A DNA stretch of 64,000 nt from Candidatus Iainarchaeum sp. Its GTDB lineage: Archaea; Iainarchaeota; Iainarchaeia; Iainarchaeales; DTGL01. A model generated the notes under the pieces. The model was not told where the DNA came from. It ran no database searches and saw only the letters and a list, made by a program, of their open reading frames with translations. A program made the translations under genes and the position numbers. Positions 49,001-54,627 of this stretch are shown piece after piece (position 1 is the stretch's first letter; each line of letters opens with the position of its first letter). The stretch covers positions 20,519 through 84,518 of the forward strand of contig JAOAJX010000006.1 in assembly GCA_026413945.1 (NCBI GenBank). Direction: 5' to 3'.

Positions 49001-49906
49001 ATTAACTTCAATAACAACTTTGCATTCTTCAGAGAAGGGAAAACAAACGCAAAAGTAAGAGTAAAGTATTCAAAAATATCCAGCCCAGAACCTGACTCCT
49101 TATTCTACTACTGGCCTATTGACGGCGAAGTTGGGCTTAAAACAGGGCGTAACGGGTATGGAAGCACATATGAGAATATCAATAAACCAATTATCATTGG
49201 ATCTTATGGTGGGAGAGAGCTTAAAACAGATTCGAAGAGCAGTAATGCTCTCGTGAAAGTTTCTACAAATATTGTCGATAAATTTGAGTATGTTAATACA
49301 GATCCTAAGACAAGAGGCAACCTCTTAAGCGCAAAAATTTCTGAAAATGGGCTTTCCATTAATTTTTCTCCTAACACGGCATCTTTTGTAATAATGAAGG
49401 TTTCAAACAATGAAGAAAACCCAATATATGCAAAATATCAACTCTTTAGTGGTGGGGCAAAGATCAATTGCGGTGACACATTAGCATATTGGGCTGGAAT
49501 TGGGAATTGCACTTCATTTTCTGGTGAGCCAATTAAAGAGATTAAAAACCAGCCTGATGAACATTTCGGGGAAAGCACTTATGGTTTACAGTGGCCAAAC
49601 AATGGCAAAGCAAGTAGCGTTTACCTAAGCACTATTTTATTTGTACCATCTAATAAGGAGTTTGAATTGCGTTCAGCATCTAGAAATGTCATTTTCTTGG
49701 ACAAGGAGCTTAGCCAAAATGCATCTTACAACCTGAAATCAACTCATAGCCATGCGGTACGCTCAATAGACGAACTATTAAACATGATGAAGCAGGGGCT
49801 TCTTTGTGTTTCTGCTGAAAGTAATGAGATGCAAATATGGTGGAACCCTGAAAGCACTGATTACAGCACAGCAGCTGAAATACTTTCAAAAAGGGGCTGT
49901 AGCTAG
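43016..49906 (+). CDS. Giant membrane-anchored surface protein D (2296 aa)
   Basis: Same architecture: KWASIEW, REPFDEELG, LYAKA, AYCDAVQ, YYWPIDGEVG, LCV...WWNP, and an internal hydrophobic hairpin. Confidence 0.85.
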   Translation: MEIEEIEDEENIIYRIKERYIAFCEKNKIPKALPILVAIILILALAYILFFSANPQPKPKEFSLIVYFRDEKGAPVSGLDVNVTINGEKTRRKTDSKGKISITVDENSNVKISLRETLYLDGEWTFKISEDTERTITLKLREKPLEKIIVRFETSKGSTKGKYVKVTLSCSNKAINQWDEFDSDKDGIIEITLPLDCGEVKVENAELENHLFERTFKKGKDIFVTFKEIEIPKGTLRVKIVDDKKELILNKNITVSIERDGERKSSFTQGYGIVEFSNLMPGSYNVYAVDPEQSYSASNTNAIVKANETTEVFLALSRNISAMLLIRTIDMKTLGAIEGATAKVIKNGNTMVEEITKENGIARVPLFDMGSYVIVVKRDGYFPKKIDFNVTSASESVTIELERITEENMGRTFVKVVDEEGMAVKDAKVIFKYKETGAIVELQSKQNYALTDENGTAEFVLGAINSDVYPFAIKYPAFGGSPAQAKKIIPDENNYFEVILKVGKSKIKVMAKDSEGKPLNEAYFEVFSSFDHNSVTKGKMLIIDGMTEYEIKAAQSVYVVVSKEGYIKYKSRILQLWPNEEYEINAVLLKEGEVAKPKIEFLGIFDGNLVASALKAGRTYVVKFNAYFPKGSSKNGFHFRIGENQDANLEPAFIKFVNAKGAKVKIGLTYRPPKSESIEELAPTGGKWASIEWDSNETGTYELYFEIKIKENVKPRTVILFYYRSYAIFDKAVTREPFDEELGELLSTQSKDGLYAKAHKLQFYEGSESACKELFCISGYWLYDAQEDIFLKEPYSVMLFGDYNFLFDIINNSQNDYNKIILIVKNTINNRQDNALAFESLVISIPAGQKELKPKDNEFKEEVMPFSYSEQLKGNVKFKGRIEITTNIAVEIVADRYVVFSKSIPVKVYSAGKLDVNIQPNAFLPFASHDLKIMVRDQSKSPIKGALVTVRRTHDDGTDETLQEITDNNGLVSFKIKESFPKTKIEVLVEKMGYAPFRWEKSVDGNIAKITPESISVNLNTDSKTQEKIILSIENRVGSDLLVKSARFTGGFNGILDEASMNANATTIVGKTIKTKDQLDFALNFLLSQNAEDLMQSNVDLNGAIEIIVSVPRFGADYALVVPFKAKVSLGGLPENAPCISLSGPNVPDWSVATINDTARTEVKISNICISNGKPIDLENLQAKLTWASGSKKAGSIEISINSPDGSTVTKILKPGIWTKLFDGFKNELNSGTYNAVITFKPLPDYAGETASFTIEIDGQTKTDKGLAFVGSDSKIEAKILIIDLKGCIKYPKEKITIKPNEKEAKIKIDANGCNTNISVWLCKDDPKCRGGTEEGGITLIPYEELKFTKTETSKSVTVYREQIAGQYGITVHAKAPDMDYQQIGTIDVVVEPTEREYFSMSRYEFTLTNSTNWKDSTDLINKMWVEDVNITAKLCTACQNPKKLPDYCIMNRALEKSTLDKPDWWVNVAISLGVGLTAGAGCAIAAAEAKIVDPTALIIIAGACFLGSALATYFTISGAECDVQMATYPFMDYVVNLPDDLKGLKVMGKPYDVNLGSDERSSYKKREQILPISFENKGKDSSDKSGYGILEIKAIEHIHGDPTHTNPKMERNKADFGLFNVPDTETKEYSQKIHLRFITNANFSEKLTKAGAETKSCSIGTKSGFTGDGLVPKIKLDWSWKTIEWNFCDADNENAAYCDAVQHSIALTKRLKMLDDFFKANNYSFECPAHPKNKATQSIIDSTNEKESSRSVSIGKVGVSKVEYSANNISLSVVLRAMVENKTADEQSTKIKFLLKNQALAKECEKETIVGSNSSVTVECLFENLVANDDPYFGSAAAVDSSKGNADKKAVTVAFVLQSKNSDCWLPYSTRKIEGKPALLYFIDRNIRNWGNYVNVKEINWPAGWPGSNAQEKIAFLEKLIEFDTLLVRDAYPNSLKSDFVEHYTKETFMDVPTWFSGSSGFKEYFLDKDAIEFETGDSTKKLPGPGKYRIFLEINFNNNFAFFREGKTNAKVRVKYSKISSPEPDSLFYYWPIDGEVGLKTGRNGYGSTYENINKPIIIGSYGGRELKTDSKSSNALVKVSTNIVDKFEYVNTDPKTRGNLLSAKISENGLSINFSPNTASFVIMKVSNNEENPIYAKYQLFSGGAKINCGDTLAYWAGIGNCTSFSGEPIKEIKNQPDEHFGESTYGLQWPNNGKASSVYLSTILFVPSNKEFELRSASRNVIFLDKELSQNASYNLKSTHSHAVRSIDELLNMMKQGLLCVSAESNEMQIWWNPESTDYSTAAEILSKRGCS

Positions 49907-49956
49907 GGACGCAAATTAATTTAAACAAAAAAAGCATTTTTATTAAAGGTGTAATA

Positions 49957-50373
49957 ATGCTTTGGCTTACTTTATTGAATATTTTGCTCTTTTGGGAAAT
50001 AATTTCAGATTTTATGCTGGTTCTTAAAATTTTTGCGATTATAACTATAATCTCTTTTGTTCTAAACCATGTGGAAAGCAAGCCGCTTGCCGCAATACTA
50101 ATAGTTGCGATATCTTGGTTTGTGGTATTTGAATGGTGGCAATTCTTTGGTGGAATATATCTCTTATATACGCTCATAACGCTAGGTATAAGCGGCATGC
50201 TTGTTGACTTCTTTTTCATTAGTGGTATGGCAGGAGATCGTACACCTCAGCAAGTAGCTGATGATAATTCACCGGTTAGCTCCTCATTGGACTTGGCCCA
50301 AAGAAAAGAAAGATTAGAGGCTGCAAGGCGCATACATGCAATGAAAAAAAGGCCCGGGGGTATGATGAGATGA
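49957..50373 (+). CDS. Small integral membrane protein
   Basis: About 3 hydrophobic helices and a basic tail; AAGGTG upstream; overlaps the next gene (ATGA). Confidence 0.75.
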   Translation: MLWLTLLNILLFWEIISDFMLVLKIFAIITIISFVLNHVESKPLAAILIVAISWFVVFEWWQFFGGIYLLYTLITLGISGMLVDFFFISGMAGDRTPQQVADDNSPVSSSLDLAQRKERLEAARRIHAMKKRPGGMMR

Positions 50374-50690
50374 GCCAGAGGGGAATTCACCTGATGGTGC
50401 TTATATTTGTAGCTCTTTTTGTATTGCTTCTGCTACCGCCGATAATAATGGCTATTTTTAAGCCAGCAGACTTGTTAATAAGGATACTGTTGACAATAAT
50501 GATATTTGCAACGGTTAGAAACATGCTTGGCTCAAATGCACTTACAATTGTAATAAGCAGCGTGTTAGTGTATATACTAGTCATAAAATATGCTCCAATA
50601 ACTGCTTCACTTTATATATTCTTTTTTGTGCTGTTAGCTTACAACTTTATAGCTGCTGTAATGTGGGGGCTTACAAGGTTGCCAAGGTAA
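50370..50690 (+). CDS. Small integral membrane protein
   Basis: 106 aa, almost wholly hydrophobic; translationally coupled to the previous gene. Confidence 0.75.
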   Translation: MSQRGIHLMVLIFVALFVLLLLPPIIMAIFKPADLLIRILLTIMIFATVRNMLGSNALTIVISSVLVYILVIKYAPITASLYIFFFVLLAYNFIAAVMWGLTRLPR

Positions 50691-50736
50691 TGCGCATAGA
50701 AAAACATTTAAATACAGAATCACTTTTCTAATATAC

Positions 50737-51192
50737 ATGGTTGAAGAAAGATTATCAGAATCGAGACCGATTAAAACATCTACGCTTTTGATGCAAATTA
50801 TGGAAGACGTGAAAGCACTAAACAGCGCAGTTTCACTTATTTCCCAAAAGATGAGGCACATTGCTAGAAATGAGAAAATACTTGGAAGAAACATAATCGT
50901 ACTAAACAAAAAGATAAAGGAAATTGCTGAAAGCGGTGCTAACCAAGCAATACCTGAAAGCTTGATAAAGAGAATTGAAGATATTGAAAAAAATTTGGAT
51001 GATACAAATAAAAAGATCGAGGAAATAAATGTTGTTGTGGCTCATTTACGCAAAGAGTTTGTAAGCCACGGCGAATTCAATGAGCTGAAGCAAATAGTAG
51101 ATGCTATAAACCCTTTAGAACTTGTAACAATAGATCAAGTAAAGGAAATTGTTGGTCAAAGCCAAAAAAAGAGTCAGTCAGTGGGTTTTTAG
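50737..51192 (+). CDS. Hypothetical coiled-coil protein
   Basis: Heptad-rich 151 aa with a C-terminal INPLELVT motif. Confidence 0.75.
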   Translation: MVEERLSESRPIKTSTLLMQIMEDVKALNSAVSLISQKMRHIARNEKILGRNIIVLNKKIKEIAESGANQAIPESLIKRIEDIEKNLDDTNKKIEEINVVVAHLRKEFVSHGEFNELKQIVDAINPLELVTIDQVKEIVGQSQKKSQSVGF

Positions 51193-52694
51193 TTTTCCTT
51201 CTTACAGCAGTCGCTTATACCGGGCCTTATAAGCGCCCTATAATTTTTCCTGTTTTCTATAACAACAGCTGCATCATTTCCTGATATTATGCCTATTGTG
51301 CTCAAAAAAAGCTTTGCAACATCGCTGTTGATGTCAACCTTATCACTAGCTTCAACAATAAGGCCGCAACCATACTTGGCCATTTCGACAAGATCAGCAG
51401 CAATTCTTTTGCTTGTATAGTTCGCCGAAAATCTTGGTATTGTCATATTGCTTGCTGTAAAGAAAACAATCCACCTTAGCTTGCTACTCTCTCCTTTGCT
51501 CTTGAAGTAAGTCTTTAGCGCGGCAGTTGTGGCCTGCAGAGAGAGTATGTCTTTTCTGAAATCATTGCTTTTAAAGAGCAGTATATTTGCTCTGCTAATT
51601 CCTCTAGCCCATTTTTTTGTTATGTCTTCTACAGGAGTATAATTTACAAAAAGACCTGGGTAGATACATTCTATAACTTCTATTATTCTTTGTGCCCCCC
51701 TCTTTACAAAAGGGGTTATCTTTGGAGTTTCTTCTATGTCTGCAATTCTCCTTTTCAGCTCTTCAATAGTTTTGAACCCGCCACGCTTGAAAGTCTCCAC
51801 TAATACTTGGCTTATAGTATTTTTGCCCAATCCAAAAAGCTCGATAAGAGCTTCTGGATCAACATATTCTATCTGGGCGTTTATTTCCAAACCGGAGCGG
51901 AAAACCTTTATTGGAAAACCAACTGGATCAAGCTCAACTTTGTATTTTGCTAGCTCATCAAATCTTTTGTTTGGATTATTCAAGCCTCTAAAAGAGTCAG
52001 TCCAATCAACTATTATAAGTGGAAGATCTGACAGCATAGCGCTTTCAGCCAACACATGTAGAACATGTAACCTATCGCTTTCCTGACCGCCAAAAACGAC
52101 AGTTCTTTCAAAAAAGTCAAAAGGTTCCTTTACAGTTGTGTTTGCTTTTGTTATACCAAGATGTATTTCGCCATGGGTAACCTCTATTATCTCTGCACTA
52201 TGGCCTCTTTTTGCGATTGGTGCAAAAATTAGATTTATGAGTGGCATAGAATAGAAAGCTGATTTGGTTTCGTTGTCACAATTATTGAGTTCAGTAAGAG
52301 TAACATCGTAAGCACTGCTAACTTTTAAAATCAGCTCTTTGAGTGTTTCGGTTCTCTTAACAAGCTCATCAAGTTTTTGTGAGATTCTTATTTCATCATA
52401 GGGAATATACTCTACGCCAGAGTCGACTAGCACGAACTGATGAGATATATTCGATGAGCTAATGCTAAGTGTAATTGTTCTTTTTGGAAGATGTTTTAAA
52501 AAAGAAGTTACATCACCCTTTGCATGCAATACATGAAAAACTTCAAGAAGAACTGCCTTTGTACTCTCGCCTTCTTTTTCGTGTATTATAGATAAAATTG
52601 TGTTCATGCTATTAGCCTTAACCTCATAGCTAAAGCCCTCTATTTCTCCGACGAGCAAATCAGACCAAGGACCTGCAGAAACCTTAATTTCCAT
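51189..52694 (-). CDS. HerA/VirB4/DUF87-like P-loop protein with degenerate Walker motifs
   Basis: IHLGITK strand, RTVVFGGQESDRLHVLHVLAE in the Walker A position, PLIIVDWTDSFRGL (IIDPxGEY-like), EMAKYGCGLIVEA (E.RKFG.G...TQ-like), and a terminal IRP. Confidence 0.65.
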   Translation of the reverse strand: MEIKVSAGPWSDLLVGEIEGFSYEVKANSMNTILSIIHEKEGESTKAVLLEVFHVLHAKGDVTSFLKHLPKRTITLSISSSNISHQFVLVDSGVEYIPYDEIRISQKLDELVKRTETLKELILKVSSAYDVTLTELNNCDNETKSAFYSMPLINLIFAPIAKRGHSAEIIEVTHGEIHLGITKANTTVKEPFDFFERTVVFGGQESDRLHVLHVLAESAMLSDLPLIIVDWTDSFRGLNNPNKRFDELAKYKVELDPVGFPIKVFRSGLEINAQIEYVDPEALIELFGLGKNTISQVLVETFKRGGFKTIEELKRRIADIEETPKITPFVKRGAQRIIEVIECIYPGLFVNYTPVEDITKKWARGISRANILLFKSNDFRKDILSLQATTAALKTYFKSKGESSKLRWIVFFTASNMTIPRFSANYTSKRIAADLVEMAKYGCGLIVEASDKVDINSDVAKLFLSTIGIISGNDAAVVIENRKNYRALIRPGISDCCKKEN

Positions 52695-52818
52695 TAACCC
52701 ACCATATAGATAAAATTTTTAAAAGATTTAAAGCTTTCTGTATGCTTTTAGCAAACTATATTCTCTAAACAAATAGGATTAACTTTTTAAACCGTAAATG
52801 CATTATATTTAGCGCCGA

Positions 52819-53469
52819 TTGGTGGTGTCTTTTGTGGATGAGACTATACTTATAGAAACTATAAAGAGAATGAAGGACTCTGGCCTTGAAGATGATGTAA
52901 TATTAGATACATTAGAAGACGTTGGCATAAGCAGGGAAAGAGGCAAAATACTTATTGAAAAGTCCTCGGGAAAAACTACATTAGCGGGTGCAATAGAAAA
53001 AAAGGATCAACCCATAAAAAAACCTTTAACTGTGCAGGCAGAGAAAGAGGTTAGTGAGAACAAAGATGAATTTGTGGCAGAGGGAACTGAAAGCGAAATT
53101 GGCTCATTGCTTGAGTCTGCGGAGCCGGATTATATAGAAACTGAAGAGAAAGAGATAACAACAGCTGAAAGAATAATGGGTAAGATAGATGACACAAAGC
53201 TCGAGCACGATTTGCATCACACGACACTGCAAGCGGCAGTAGTTCAACAAACAGGAATGATTGAAGATCTGCATAAAACAGTTGGAGAAGCAGTAAACAA
53301 AAAACCGGAATGCCCAAAGACTATGAGCGAGCAAGTTACAAAAATGCAATCAGATATTGAGAAAATAAAGGAAGACATTGATGCACTAAAAGGCGACATT
53401 GCCGCAATGAAGGAGCTTATGGAAAAAGTGCTTGAGTCAACAAAAAAAGTTCTTTTAAGAATGTCTTAG
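52819..53469 (+). CDS. Hypothetical protein with small helical N-domain, acidic linker and C-terminal coiled coil
   Basis: ETIKRMKDSGLEDDVILDTLEDVGIS, then heptads at the C-terminus. Start codon uncertain. Confidence 0.7.
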   Translation: MVVSFVDETILIETIKRMKDSGLEDDVILDTLEDVGISRERGKILIEKSSGKTTLAGAIEKKDQPIKKPLTVQAEKEVSENKDEFVAEGTESEIGSLLESAEPDYIETEEKEITTAERIMGKIDDTKLEHDLHHTTLQAAVVQQTGMIEDLHKTVGEAVNKKPECPKTMSEQVTKMQSDIEKIKEDIDALKGDIAAMKELMEKVLESTKKVLLRMS

Positions 53470-53490
53470 GTTTGCACCAATATAAGAATT

Positions 53491-53877
53491 TTATTTAAAA
53501 ATTGCTGAAAATTTTGAAGATAAGTTTTTTGCGGTCTTTCCAAGCTTAGCTTTTATTTCTTTTGATGATTCGCCTATTGACCATCGCCCATCCTCGTTGA
53601 ATACTTGCTCACCAGCCTTCCTTCCAACCTCTTTAACCATTTCTGAAACTGCTTCTTCTGGATATGATGTTTGCGCCTTTGCAACCTCTTGAAGTTCCTT
53701 CTTTGCTACAGAAGCTGACTTTGATGCTCCTTTTTTGGCAAAGTCATATGCTTTTTTGGTGAGAGAAAGCAAAAGATATGAGAAAGCAGCCAGTGAGAAA
53801 AAAAAACCCATAAAAACTTGTTTTTGCCAAAAAAAGAAAAGCGCTATGAATATAAGCACAAAAAAAACTTCAAGCAT
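53491..53877 (-). CDS. Hypothetical membrane protein (2 TM plus helical tail)
   Basis: N-terminal hydrophobic hairpin; in an operon with the two upstream genes. Confidence 0.7.
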   Translation of the reverse strand: MLEVFFVLIFIALFFFWQKQVFMGFFFSLAAFSYLLLSLTKKAYDFAKKGASKSASVAKKELQEVAKAQTSYPEEAVSEMVKEVGRKAGEQVFNEDGRWSIGESSKEIKAKLGKTAKNLSSKFSAIFK

Positions 53878-53881
53878 GTTA

Positions 53882-54196
53882 TTATCCCATGCCTATTTCT
53901 TCTTGCCCATATGCACCAAAACCAATATCTGGAGAAAGTTCAGTCCTACTCTCCTTTTTAAAGCTAAGCACCAATGCTAGCACTATGAGGCAAATTGCAA
54001 TGACTAACCAAAGGTCTTTAAGCATGTCTCTTGCCATGTAGGTTAAAACTAGGGCCAGTAGAATTACTGCTGTTGTTGAAAAAGATCTGGAAGTAAGGAT
54101 CATCACCATAAATATGCCAAAAACTATCCAAAGCTGCCCATATTGCATAAAAAGCATCATAAGGACAATTGAAACCGCAATCATTAGAGTATCCAT
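53882..54196 (-). CDS. Small integral membrane protein
   Basis: 104 aa, hydrophobic; AGGTGAG SD upstream. Confidence 0.75.
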   Translation of the reverse strand: MDTLMIAVSIVLMMLFMQYGQLWIVFGIFMVMILTSRSFSTTAVILLALVLTYMARDMLKDLWLVIAICLIVLALVLSFKKESRTELSPDIGFGAYGQEEIGMG

Positions 54197-54204
54197 TTGC
54201 TCAC

Positions 54205-54489
54205 CTAATCTTTCAGAAATTCTGGCTTTTTGCTTCCAGCTGGGATTTTTTCAAACATGCCACTGAAAAGAGTTTGGATTAGGAAAAGAATGACAGGTAT
54301 AAGTATAAGTTCGGGGTATTTTACGAAAGTAAGATAGACAACTAAGGTTGTAAGCACGGCTGCAATCTTTGCTGACCCAAGTTGTTTTTTGAACCAGCCA
54401 AATATCCATATAGTGTAAACTATGCAGAGAACAACCCAAAGATTTGTTACGAAGTCATTTCTGCCAAAGATAGTATCAAGCACATCCAT
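54205..54489 (-). CDS. Small integral membrane protein
   Basis: Likely start ATG 54489 (MDVLDTIFG...); resembles 49957 and 50370 (W.KKQLGSAKIAAVL...VYLTFVKY). Confidence 0.7.
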   Translation of the reverse strand: MDVLDTIFGRNDFVTNLWVVLCIVYTIWIFGWFKKQLGSAKIAAVLTTLVVYLTFVKYPELILIPVILFLIQTLFSGMFEKIPAGSKKPEFLKD

Positions 54490-54627
54490 GAAATAATATT
54501 GTTGTTTCCACAATAAAATCCTTTCTTTGACAAGCAATAGTGTTTTTAGGTAAAAATAGCCATAGTTTTGGAACAGGGCTTAATGAAAAGAATATAATAA
54601 TAGCTTTCCTTTTTTTATAAGAGATTT

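Noticed and set aside
17232-49906. Numerous 60-230 aa antisense or alternate-frame ORFs (e.g. 18548..19231, 20339..20878, 39682..40290, 39883..40386)
   Set aside because: They lie wholly within long genes, have shadow-like composition (S/F/L/I-rich, or mirroring the repeat) and show no SD or family motifs.
17232-49906. Giants as direct archaeosortase substrates
   Set aside because: Their C-termini lack a motif-TM-basic tail; they are anchored at the N-terminus.
49710-50219. 169-aa minus-strand ORF spanning the end of giant D
   Set aside because: It overlaps two better-supported plus-strand genes and reads as an antisense shadow.
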